From contig JAWOHT010000133.1 in NCBI GenBank assembly GCA_046485045.1, positions 16,203 to 80,202 of the forward strand: DNA of 64,000 nucleotides, given 5' to 3'. The notes under the pieces were generated by a model. It did no database searches, was not told where the DNA came from, and saw only the letters and a program-made list of their open reading frames with translations. Of this stretch, positions 1 through 8,426 are shown piece after piece. This stretch comes from Bacteroidales bacterium (GTDB lineage: Bacteria > Bacteroidota > Bacteroidia > Bacteroidales > UBA10428). Numbering within the stretch: the stretch's first letter is position 1; each line of letters starts with the position of its first letter. The translations under genes were made by a program, and so were the position numbers.

Positions 1-2
1 AA

Positions 3-1370
3 AAAGTAAAAGACAGAATTCTCGAACATCTTGCCGTTCTTAAGCTTAAGGGCGACCTTAAATCACCTATACTTTGCCTGATAGGCCCCCCGGGTGTCGG
101 CAAAACTTCGCTGGGCAAATCGGTTGCCAAAGCGCTTAACAGAAAATATGTCAGAATGTCATTAGGCGGGTTGCACGATGAAGCAGAAATAAGAGGGCAC
201 CGAAAAACCTATATTGGCGCCATGCCCGGCAGAATTATCCAAAACCTGAAAAAAGCCAAATCTGCCAATCCGGTTTTTGTGCTCGACGAAATTGATAAAG
301 TAGGCAAAGATTTTCACGGCGACCCTTCATCGGCGCTGCTCGAAGTGCTCGATCCAGAACAAAACAATAACTTCTACGACAATTATCTCGAGATAGAGTT
401 CGACCTCTCGAAAGTAATGTTTATTGCTACTGCCAACACATCATTCTCGATACATCCTGCCCTGCGCGACCGCATGGAGACGATTGACCTGAGCGGGTAC
501 ATTCTCGAAGAAAAAGTAGAAATTGCCAGAAAGCACCTTATCCCGAAGCAGCTTAAAGATCATGGCCTGGTAAAAAACCATCTGGTATTATCAAAAAACA
601 CGCTCGATTTTATCATTGATAATTATTCACGCGAATCGGGGGTGCGTGAGCTCGATAAAACACTGGCAAAAATTGCCAGGATTATCGCACGCAAAATTGC
701 CCTTGATGAGAAGTATGACAAAAACCTGTCTAAAGATGACATTATTAAAATTCTTGGCTCGCCAAAATACCTGAAAGAAAAATATGCAGGCAACGATTTT
801 GCCGGTGTGGTAACCGGACTGGCATGGACATCGGTGGGCGGGGAAATACTTTTCGTTGAAACAAGCCTGAGCAAAGGAAAAGGAACACTCACCATTACCG
901 GTAACCTGGGAGATGTGATGAAAGAATCGGCAGTGATAGCGCTTGAGTATGTTAAATCGCATGCCGAAGTTCTTGGTATCAATTCTGAGATTTTTGAAAA
1001 ATGGAACTTCCATATTCATGTACCCGAAGGGGCAATACCCAAAGACGGCCCTTCAGCCGGCATTACCATGGTTACCTCAATAGCTTCGGCCGTAACGCAA
1101 CGAAAAGTCAAAGGCAGCCTGGCCATGACCGGGGAAATAACATTAAGGGGGAAAGTCTTGCCGGTAGGTGGTATAAAAGAGAAGATACTTGCAGCCAAAC
1201 GTGCCGATATTAAAGAGATTATCCTGTCAGTTGAAAACAAGAAAGATATTGAAGAAATCAACGAGATCTACCTGAAAGGGTTGAAATTTCATTTTGTGAA
1301 CAATATTATGGAAGTGCTTGATATCGCGCTGTTAAATCAAACCGTTTCCAATGCCAGAAAGTTCGAATAA
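3..1370 (+). CDS. lon: Lon protease (endopeptidase La), 5'-truncated by the window edge
   Basis: Frame 3 is open from nt 3, and translation upstream of the tracked ORF gives Walker [10 protein letters not shown]. The C-terminal protease domain has the PKDGPSAG catalytic-Ser motif and the [13 protein letters not shown] Lys motif. Confidence 0.95.
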   Translation, partial: KVKDRILEHLAVLKLKGDLKSPILCLIGPPGVGKTSLGKSVAKALNRKYVRMSLGGLHDEAEIRGHRKTYIGAMPGRIIQNLKKAKSANPVFVLDEIDKVGKDFHGDPSSALLEVLDPEQNNNFYDNYLEIEFDLSKVMFIATANTSFSIHPALRDRMETIDLSGYILEEKVEIARKHLIPKQLKDHGLVKNHLVLSKNTLDFIIDNYSRESGVRELDKTLAKIARIIARKIALDEKYDKNLSKDDIIKILGSPKYLKEKYAGNDFAGVVTGLAWTSVGGEILFVETSLSKGKGTLTITGNLGDVMKESAVIALEYVKSHAEVLGINSEIFEKWNFHIHVPEGAIPKDGPSAGITMVTSIASAVTQRKVKGSLAMTGEITLRGKVLPVGGIKEKILAAKRADIKEIILSVENKKDIEEINEIYLKGLKFHFVNNIMEVLDIALLNQTVSNARKFE

Positions 1371-1520
1371 TCAGTAGGGGTGAATTTTACTTTTTGTTTT
1401 TATCCGGATTTTCTTTAACTTCATTACCTAATACCGGAAAATTCAAGAAAACGATGTCCGCACATCAGGATTTCTGTAGTTATCCGGAAGTTTATACTAT
1501 AACACAAAAATCAACACATT

Positions 1521-3566
1521 ATGAATGTATTTCGCAATCTTCGTATTGGTCAGAGATTAATCTTTGTCCTTGGCTTAATCGCTTCTCTAACAATTTGCAC
1601 CATGGGTGCCTTTATCTACATCATTCAAAAAAATAACCTTGCCAGAAATGCAAACAGCACGATGAAAGAACAGGTAAACGATGTTGTTTCTTATATCGAA
1701 GCTCAGGCCGGCGGCAACCTCGAACTTGTATCTTCGGCCACCGCTTTAGTAAATGAGATGATACTTAACCGGGGAACATTTGATTTGGATATTAATAATA
1801 TGACAGATGTAAAAGTGGTGCATCAGCTTGACAAATCTTCAAAACAGGTTAAGCTGCCGGAAATAAATTTTAACGGGGCAGCCTTATACAACACCACCGA
1901 ATTGGTTGATATGATAGGTAGCCTCACCCGGGCAACTGCCACCCTTTTTCAGAGATTTGATGAGGGTTATGTACGTATTTCAACCAACGTGAAAACCGAA
2001 ACAGGAGAAAGGGCTGTAAACACATATATCCCCAATTCGAGCCCGGTAATAAAGGCCATAGAAAAAGGGGAATTATATCTCGGAAGGGCTTATGTAGTCA
2101 GCGAATGGCATTATGCAGCCTATAAGCCCATTGCAATTAACGGCATTGTGCAGGCAATGTTATACATAGGTATTTCGGAAAAGAAAAACCTGCCAGCAAT
2201 AAAAAACCACCTGTTTTCTAAAAAGTACTTTGAGTCTGGCTATCCATATATTGTTAATTCAAAAGGAGATATAATTGTACACCCTTCAAAGGAAGGACAA
2301 AATATCGCACACGAACAATTCTTTAAAAGCATTGCAGAAAATGCCGTCAAAGAAGGCATAGTTGAACACATACAGGATGGAAGGAAAAAAATTGACTTTT
2401 ATAAATATTGCGAAGCCATTGATAGTTATGTTGTAGCCTCCATTGACAAAAAAGAATACATAAGCGCAAGCACAGGCACACGCAATGTTACAATTGTATC
2501 GGCTGTTGCAGGTATCCTTATTTTATTACTGGCTATATCTGCCCTCGCCCGCTCTATTACAGCTTCGCTGAAAAAAGGGGTTGAATTTGCCAAACAGATT
2601 GCCGACGGTAACCTAACCGCAACCATTGACATCAAGCAGGCAGATGAGGTGGGTGAACTTGCCGATTCCCTTCGTCATATGGCTTCAAAGATTCACGAGG
2701 TAGTTTCCACAGTCATCATCAGCTCTGTTAACATTGCCGGTGCAAGCCAGCAAATAACAGGAGGCGCCATGCAAATTTCGCAGGGTGCCAGTGAACAGGC
2801 CGGCTCTACCGAAGAAGTTTCCTCATCAATGGAAGAGATGACCAGTACCATACAACAAAATGCCGACAATGCCAAATCTACAGTAGAGATATCCTTAAAA
2901 GCTGCATCGGGCATGGAAGCGATGAACAGTGCCGGTAAAGAAAGCATCAGCTCTATTCGGAATATCGCCACCAGGATTTCCATAATTAACGATATCGCAT
3001 TTCAGACAAACATTCTGGCCCTTAATGCAGCAGTTGAAGCAGCCCGCGCAGGTGAATACGGCAGAGGGTTTGCTGTGGTGGCATCTGAAGTAAGAAAACT
3101 CGCTGAAAGGAGCAAAATGGCCGCCGACGAAATAATTCAGCTTACCAATACAAGCCTGAAGGTTACAGAGCAAACCAGCAAATTGCTTGATGAATTGTTG
3201 CCCGAAATTTTAAAAACAGCCGAAATGATAAAGGAAATAGCCGCTGCAAGCGAGGAACAGCATACAGGAGCAGACCAGGTAAATATGGCCATGCAGCAAC
3301 TGAATATGGTAACCCAGCAAAATGCAGGCTCGGCAGAAGAGCTTTCTTCGAGTGCCGAACAATTGTTCGAAGAAGCCAATCAGCTAAAAGAGGTTATTAC
3401 TTTCTTTAAGATAGATAATGGCAAAAACAAGCTAAAAACCACCCCAAAACAATTAAAGGACAATAAGAATAAATCTGAACTTAATACCTACCCCCTAAAA
3501 CCAGAGCGGGATAAAAAACTCTCAATAATAGAAAACGAAGTAGAACCGGGATTTGAACGTTTTTAA
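1521..3566 (+). CDS. Methyl-accepting chemotaxis protein with periplasmic double-Cache-type sensor and HAMP
   Basis: 681 aa. It has an N-terminal TM helix and a periplasmic region of about 300 aa ([35 protein letters not shown]). A second TM and a HAMP domain follow, then the invariant MCP hairpin [40 protein letters not shown]. Confidence 0.9.
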   Translation: MNVFRNLRIGQRLIFVLGLIASLTICTMGAFIYIIQKNNLARNANSTMKEQVNDVVSYIEAQAGGNLELVSSATALVNEMILNRGTFDLDINNMTDVKVVHQLDKSSKQVKLPEINFNGAALYNTTELVDMIGSLTRATATLFQRFDEGYVRISTNVKTETGERAVNTYIPNSSPVIKAIEKGELYLGRAYVVSEWHYAAYKPIAINGIVQAMLYIGISEKKNLPAIKNHLFSKKYFESGYPYIVNSKGDIIVHPSKEGQNIAHEQFFKSIAENAVKEGIVEHIQDGRKKIDFYKYCEAIDSYVVASIDKKEYISASTGTRNVTIVSAVAGILILLLAISALARSITASLKKGVEFAKQIADGNLTATIDIKQADEVGELADSLRHMASKIHEVVSTVIISSVNIAGASQQITGGAMQISQGASEQAGSTEEVSSSMEEMTSTIQQNADNAKSTVEISLKAASGMEAMNSAGKESISSIRNIATRISIINDIAFQTNILALNAAVEAARAGEYGRGFAVVASEVRKLAERSKMAADEIIQLTNTSLKVTEQTSKLLDELLPEILKTAEMIKEIAAASEEQHTGADQVNMAMQQLNMVTQQNAGSAEELSSSAEQLFEEANQLKEVITFFKIDNGKNKLKTTPKQLKDNKNKSELNTYPLKPERDKKLSIIENEVEPGFERF

Positions 3567-3614
3567 CCAACGTTGTTCATTTGAGCCAATACCGCCAAAA
3601 GCCTCAAGGTGGGT

Positions 3615-3797
3615 CTAATATACCATCTCACATTTTTCCAGGAGTTGGCATATTTTTCTTTCAAGTTCTGAAATCTCCATTTTCATTCTGGAAGTAGCGG
3701 TGCCATCTTTTTCCAACTCCCGGATAAACTGCTTCAACATAATAATATGCCGCTGGTGTTCAAGAATTTTTTTGATCAGAATTTTTCTTTCTTCCAT
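3615..3797 (-). CDS. Hypothetical small helical/coiled-coil protein (60 aa)
   Basis: An ORF that only fills the MCP-nrfH gap. The peptide is charged with a heptad-like pattern. I recognise no family. Confidence 0.3.
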   Translation of the reverse strand: MEERKILIKKILEHQRHIIMLKQFIRELEKDGTATSRMKMEISELERKICQLLEKCEMVY

Positions 3798-3958
3798 AAA
3801 TATAAGATTTAAGTGGATGTTTTAAAGTATGGTAATGTCTTTGTACGCAAGCTATTGAAAAGAGTTGTATCAAAAGCCATATTTTTTTTTGACCTGCTTG
3901 TTTCTATTTAGACTGAATACATATAGTACTGGTTTCTTAAACTTTTAAGATTTTGACC

Positions 3959-3966
3959 TAATTTTG
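3959..3966 (+). promoter_or_regulatory. Bacteroidota -7 promoter motif TAnnTTTG (TAATTTTG) upstream of nrfH
   Basis: Exact match to the TAnnTTTG consensus, 18 nt upstream of the nrfH ATG. The motif is short and sits in AT-rich DNA. Confidence 0.35.
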
Positions 3967-3983
3967 ATTTAAGTCAGGAAAAC

Positions 3984-4568
3984 ATGATAAGGATTTTGAA
4001 AAGGTTTATGCCGCCAGACAACTGGAAATTTCCGGTAATTATTATTTTCGGTATCTTCTGTGGTTTAGGGTTATTTACTGTGTATGTCTCTAAAGCGCCA
4101 TCTTATCTTTCAGACAACCCGAAAACATGTGTCAACTGCCATATTATGGCGCCACAGTATGCCACGTGGTCACACAGTTCACACAGGGAAAATACCCATT
4201 GCAACGATTGTCATGTACCCCAGAATAATGCCATTAACAAATACTATTTTAAGGCAAAAGACGGCCTGAGGCATGCCACCATTTTTACCCTCAGGGCCGA
4301 ACCACAGGTAATACAAATAAAAGAAGAAGGGAGAGATGCCGTGCATACCAACTGTATCAGGTGCCACGATCATCTTCTTACCGATGCAAAAATGCTTAAC
4401 TATAACAAAGACTTTAACAGTAAGCGTAAAGAACGGTTATGCCAGGATTGTCATCGTGAAACACCACATGGCAGGGTAAACAGCCTGGCCAGCGCCCCCT
4501 GGGCAAGGGCACCACTGCCCGAAAGCCCTGTTCCTGCATGGCTTAAAAAAACGATGAAGAATGACTAA
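3984..4568 (+). CDS. nrfH: Cytochrome c nitrite reductase small subunit NrfH (NapC/NirT tetrahaem quinol dehydrogenase)
   Basis: 194 aa with an N-terminal membrane anchor and four CXXCH motifs (CVNCH, CNDCH, CIRCH, CQDCH). It ends 17 nt upstream of nrfA. Confidence 0.9.
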   Translation: MIRILKRFMPPDNWKFPVIIIFGIFCGLGLFTVYVSKAPSYLSDNPKTCVNCHIMAPQYATWSHSSHRENTHCNDCHVPQNNAINKYYFKAKDGLRHATIFTLRAEPQVIQIKEEGRDAVHTNCIRCHDHLLTDAKMLNYNKDFNSKRKERLCQDCHRETPHGRVNSLASAPWARAPLPESPVPAWLKKTMKND

Positions 4569-4585
4569 AAAACCCAAATAATACA

Positions 4586-6091
4586 ATGAAATCAATAACA
4601 GAACAGATTAAGCAAAAACCCTGGATTGGATGGTTGTTATTCTTTGCTACAATAGTAATCGTTTTTATGTTAGGTTTACTCGCCTCTTCTATTGTTGAAA
4701 GGCGGGCCGAAGCAGTATTTGCTTATACCCCGCAGGTTGATTACCCCGACTGGGAACCGCGCAATGAAAAATGGGGTGAGAATTTCCCTCGTGAATATCA
4801 GTCATATATGAAAACTGCCGATACCGGTTTCAAAAGCAAATACAATGGCAGCGCGATGATTGACATGCTTGAGGAAGATCCCAGGCTTGTGGTGTTATGG
4901 GCAGGATATCCCTTTTCCAAAGATTATAACCAGGGCAGGGGTCATTATTATGCAGTTACCGATGTGAGAAATACCCTGAGGATTGGAGCCCCTGCAGAAG
5001 ATAAACCAAGTCCGATGCCGAATACCTGCTGGACATGTAAAAGTCCCGATGTTCCCAGGTTAATGTCTGAAACAGGTATCGCAGCATTCTATAAGGGCAC
5101 TCTTGATGAAAAAGGCCATGAAATCATCAATCCCATTGGTTGTGCCGATTGCCACGATGCAAAGACCATGAACCTGCGAATTTCAAGGCCTGCCCTTATC
5201 GAAGCCTTTGAACGCACCGGCAGGGATATCACGAAGGCATCGCACCAGGAGATGCGCAGTCTGGTTTGCGCGCAGTGCCATGTAGAATATTATTTCAACA
5301 AGAAAAAAATTGAAGGTGTACAATACCTCACGCTCCCGTGGGATGATGGCATTACCGCCGATGACATGGAAAACTATTATGACAATATTGAGTTTGCAGA
5401 CTGGACACATGCCATGAGCAAAACACCTATGCTAAAGGCCCAGCATCCCGATTATGAGATTTTCACCACCGGAATCCACTATGAACGCGGTGTGGCCTGT
5501 GCCGATTGCCATATGCCATATAAAAGCGAGGGCGGACAAAAATTTACCGACCACCACATACAAAGCCCGCTCAACAATGTTACCAACTCATGCCAGGTAT
5601 GCCACCGCGAAGAAACCTCGAAACTTATTGCCGATGTATACAGCCGGCAGGATAAACTTATTCAGAACAGGGACAAACTGGAAGAGCTGCTCGTAAGGGC
5701 CCACAACGAAGCCAAAGTGGCCTTGGAACTCGGCGCCAAAGAACAACAGATGAAAGAGATACAGAAACTTATACGCCACTCGCAGTGGCGGTGGGATTAC
5801 GTCGCAGCAAGCCATGGAGCGGCATTTCACGCCCCGGTAGAATCAGGCCGTGTTCTGTCAACCGGAATTGCAAAGGCCGGTGAGGCCCGTATTCAACTCG
5901 CCCGGTTGCTTGCCAGCCTGGGGCACAACAAAGAGATCGCCTACCCCGATATTTCGACAAAAGCCAAAGCCCAGGCTTTTATAGGTCTCGATATGGCCAT
6001 GCTGAATGCCGAAAAAGATGAGTTCATTAAAAACATTGTCCCCAAATGGATTGAAGAAGGCCGGAAAAGAGAACAGGGATGGGATAAATAA
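4586..6091 (+). CDS. nrfA: Ammonia-forming cytochrome c nitrite reductase NrfA (pentahaem, cytochrome c552)
   Basis: 501 aa with an N-terminal hydrophobic anchor. It has the diagnostic active-site CXXCK (CWTCK) plus four CXXCH (CADCH, CAQCH, CADCH, CQVCH). Confidence 0.95.
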   Translation: MKSITEQIKQKPWIGWLLFFATIVIVFMLGLLASSIVERRAEAVFAYTPQVDYPDWEPRNEKWGENFPREYQSYMKTADTGFKSKYNGSAMIDMLEEDPRLVVLWAGYPFSKDYNQGRGHYYAVTDVRNTLRIGAPAEDKPSPMPNTCWTCKSPDVPRLMSETGIAAFYKGTLDEKGHEIINPIGCADCHDAKTMNLRISRPALIEAFERTGRDITKASHQEMRSLVCAQCHVEYYFNKKKIEGVQYLTLPWDDGITADDMENYYDNIEFADWTHAMSKTPMLKAQHPDYEIFTTGIHYERGVACADCHMPYKSEGGQKFTDHHIQSPLNNVTNSCQVCHREETSKLIADVYSRQDKLIQNRDKLEELLVRAHNEAKVALELGAKEQQMKEIQKLIRHSQWRWDYVAASHGAAFHAPVESGRVLSTGIAKAGEARIQLARLLASLGHNKEIAYPDISTKAKAQAFIGLDMAMLNAEKDEFIKNIVPKWIEEGRKREQGWDK

Positions 6092-6146
6092 AACACATTG
6101 AATTTTTTGATTTGTTGTGGATATTGGTACGTTTAGCAATAATGCC

Positions 6147-6593
6147 ATGAAACAGATAAACATGAGAATATTGACCCTACTAGCTATCTTTTTTGCAGGA
6201 TGTTCAACAACTTCAAAGGTAACTACAGCCGATAAAACTCGAGAAGACTTAAGAGACGTTTTTATATTGACAATTCTAGCCCGAGACTATTTAAGAAACA
6301 CAGACAAACTAGATTTTGACCTTGAAAAATTAATTGAGTATGATAGTTTATGCAGAATTTCAAAAAATTTTGAGAAAGTTGAACTAATATATCGTGGAGG
6401 GCATATAGCCATTCAATATAAATTCTCAAAAATGCGAGATTACAAAATTGAATTTACAGAAAATGAAAAGCAGATGAAAGAATTTTGGAGGGTAATTGAG
6501 AAAAAAAATGTTGGTGATTTCGATGGTGAAATCCAATTTGAGTATGGAGAAAGATTTTACAACTTCAGAAAAATTATTATTAAGAATCAATAA
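6147..6593 (+). CDS. Hypothetical lipoprotein
   Basis: The lipobox-like signal LLAIFFAGCSTT follows MKQINMRIL. The gene is visibly more AT-rich than nrfA. I recognise no family. The start was chosen at the ATG inside the tracked ORF (6117). Confidence 0.55.
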   Translation: MKQINMRILTLLAIFFAGCSTTSKVTTADKTREDLRDVFILTILARDYLRNTDKLDFDLEKLIEYDSLCRISKNFEKVELIYRGGHIAIQYKFSKMRDYKIEFTENEKQMKEFWRVIEKKNVGDFDGEIQFEYGERFYNFRKIIIKNQ

Positions 6594-6600
6594 GGCACAG

Positions 6601-6740
6601 TTGCTAACAAGCTATATAGTGCAGCGGGGCGATACGTTCCGCATCCAGCATTCCGTCTCCGTTTCAGCATTTTCAACGGTGGACAAAAACGCGTTCCCAA
6701 ATCCCCGTCGACACCATATTGCAAGACGTTATGAATGTGT
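6601..6740. repeat. MITE-like element of about 140 bp with imperfect terminal inverted repeats
   Basis: The left end is TTGCTAACAAGCTATATAGTGCAGCGGGG. The reverse complement of the right end is ATAACGTCTTGCAATATGGTGTCGACGGGG. The two share TAAC...ATAT.GTG...CGGGG. There is only one copy in the window. Confidence 0.3.
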
Positions 6741-6741
6741 G

Positions 6742-6903
6742 TTTGTCATCCTGAACAGTAGTGAAGGATCTTCTACTATGTAATGACTGTTTTAAAGAGA
6801 CGCTTCCTTCGTCAGCATGACAAAGTCATTCCGGGATGCTTCACTATTTTTCAGCATGATAAAAGGTATAAAGAATCTTCTGACTGCTTCATGAAGATGC
6901 TAC
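6742..6903. repeat. Cluster of short dispersed-repeat units (TTGTCATyCTGAAC family) in both orientations
   Basis: TTGTCATCCTGAACAGTAG begins at 6743. An inverted copy, TTCGTCAGCATGACAAA, lies at 6809-6825. Further partial units are present (GTCATTCCGGGATGCTTCAC, TTCAGCATGAT). The same family recurs at 59054-59126. Confidence 0.55.
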
Positions 6904-6945
6904 GTATTCAACAATACCCGAAACCTTAAACCATTAACCTCCCAT

Positions 6946-6985
6946 ACCTTTGCGTACCTTTGCGCGGACTTTGTGCAACTTTGCG
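6946..6985 (+). repeat. Tandem array of four units of about 10 bp, CTTTGYG
   Basis: ACCTTTGCGT ACCTTTGCGCGG ACTTTGTGCA ACTTTGCGAA, read directly from the sequence. Confidence 0.65.
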
Positions 6986-7106
6986 AATTAGCCGGAAAAA
7001 CTCATTTTAACCTTTTTTCCATAATTTTTTAAAAATTTTAGAAAAAACAATTCAATATTTGAACGTTTCATTTTTTAAGGTGTACAGATTGTAAACGATT
7101 TAAAAA

Positions 7107-7316
7107 ATGGCCGTAAAAATAAGAGTTTTCAATAAGCAGAATTATATCCTCCTCATCGTTGCGCTGCTGGTTATCATTGCAGGATATGCATTGATGGGTT
7201 CCAAAGTAAGCAGTAATTCACCCGAAGAAATCTATTCTTTTTCAAAAATAACCCTTGCCCCGGCATTGGTGATTGCAGGATATATTTTGTCGGTTTATTC
7301 AATTTTCAGAAAGTAA
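7107..7316 (+). CDS. Small two-TM membrane protein, DUF3098-like
   Basis: 69 aa with two hydrophobic helices. NYILLIVALLVIIAGYALM ... ITLAPALVIAGYILSVYSIF resembles the Bacteroidota DUF3098 pattern as I remember it. Confidence 0.55.
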   Translation: MAVKIRVFNKQNYILLIVALLVIIAGYALMGSKVSSNSPEEIYSFSKITLAPALVIAGYILSVYSIFRK

Positions 7317-7324
7317 TTATCATC

Positions 7325-7900
7325 GTGAGCGAAGAAAAGGCTATTCATAATTATTCCGATGCCGAACTGATGACGCAGATTTGTTGTGCCAATACAATGG
7401 CATTTAATGAACTGTACCGCCGATACAGCAGACGTATGCTTTATTATTTTTACCGGATGCTTGGAAATTCTGAAGATACAGCCCAGGATTTTCTCCAGGA
7501 TCTTTTTTATAAGATCATTGATAAGCCTCATTTATATAACCCTGATCAAAAATTTTCAACATGGATTTTCTGCATCGCGCATAATATGTGCAAAAACGAA
7601 TACAGGCGAAGAAATATCAGGCAAAATATCCGGCTGTCGTCTGAAAGTTTCAATGATCTGCCAGAGAATTATGAAACAGAGCAAGATTTAAGTGAGACAA
7701 TTAATCTTATTTACCGTGAACTTGACCATCTGGGTGAAAGTCACAAGACAGCCTTTATTTTGAGATATCGTGAAGGATTTCAGGTTAATGAAATAAGCGA
7801 AGTCCTGAATCTCCCGGAAGGCACGGTAAAATCGAGATTGTTTTATGCACGCCGGTGCCTGGCCGATAAATTAAAAAAGAGTGTTGAAATGATGTATTAA
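7325..7900 (+). CDS. ECF (sigma-70 family, group 4) RNA polymerase sigma factor
   Basis: Region 2 is AFNELYRRYSRRMLYYFYRMLG...FSTWIFCIAHNMCKNEYRR. Region 4 is an HTH, AFILRYREGFQVNEISEVLNLPEGTVKSRLFYARRCL. The start is GTG. Confidence 0.9.
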   Translation: MSEEKAIHNYSDAELMTQICCANTMAFNELYRRYSRRMLYYFYRMLGNSEDTAQDFLQDLFYKIIDKPHLYNPDQKFSTWIFCIAHNMCKNEYRRRNIRQNIRLSSESFNDLPENYETEQDLSETINLIYRELDHLGESHKTAFILRYREGFQVNEISEVLNLPEGTVKSRLFYARRCLADKLKKSVEMMY

Positions 7901-7916
7901 AAAAAAGCGCCTTAAA

Positions 7917-8258
7917 ATGAACGAAAACTTTTATACCGATTTATTAAGAAATGATCTTCAGCGACTCATGCCCGATGAAGGTATACAAAAACGACTGGAA
8001 TATGCAATGCAATTGAAAACCAGATCTATTCAACCTTCAGGAAACTCATTGCTGTTATCTTTAAAAAACTTTTTTACCCTCCGTCATTTTGCTATCAAAG
8101 CCGGTATTATTACATCTTTATTGATCCTTACGATTATCTTTCGCGAAATGCCCGTGAATAAAACGATTCATTCCAAGAGCAGCATATTCGTTGCCGATAG
8201 TTCGCATTGTGATTCATTGGCAGGTGAATATTGGGATTCAGTATCAAATGGAAAATAA
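7917..8258 (+). CDS. Putative membrane-anchored anti-sigma factor (single TM, 113 aa)
   Basis: It starts 16 nt after the ECF sigma gene and has one TM helix (AIKAGIITSLLILTIIF). The assignment rests on position only. Confidence 0.45.
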   Translation: MNENFYTDLLRNDLQRLMPDEGIQKRLEYAMQLKTRSIQPSGNSLLLSLKNFFTLRHFAIKAGIITSLLILTIIFREMPVNKTIHSKSSIFVADSSHCDSLAGEYWDSVSNGK

Positions 8259-8307
8259 TAAAATATGTATTTTTTTTGATATCTATAATTTTGAAATTGA
8301 ATAATTT

Positions 8308-8333
8308 CCCACAAAGGCACAAAGCTCGCAAAG
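8308..8333 (-). repeat. Tandem CTTTGYG array (three units) in inverted orientation relative to 6946-6985
   Basis: The plus strand reads CCCACAAAGGCACAAAGCTCGCAAAG. Its reverse complement is CTTTGCGAG CTTTGTGC CTTTGTGGG. Confidence 0.6.
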
Positions 8334-8426
8334 TAAAATCTTTGTATTCCTGTTGGGTTATAGGGATGCTCCCAATATTTTTGATTCTGTAACTTCAAAG
8401 AGATATTTACTTAAAAAAGTTTTATA

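Noticed and set aside
6496-6783. 95-aa ORF extending from the lipoprotein gene into repeat DNA
   Set aside because: It is out of frame with the lipoprotein gene and is translated across the MITE-like and dispersed repeats. It is most likely an artefact of repeat sequence.
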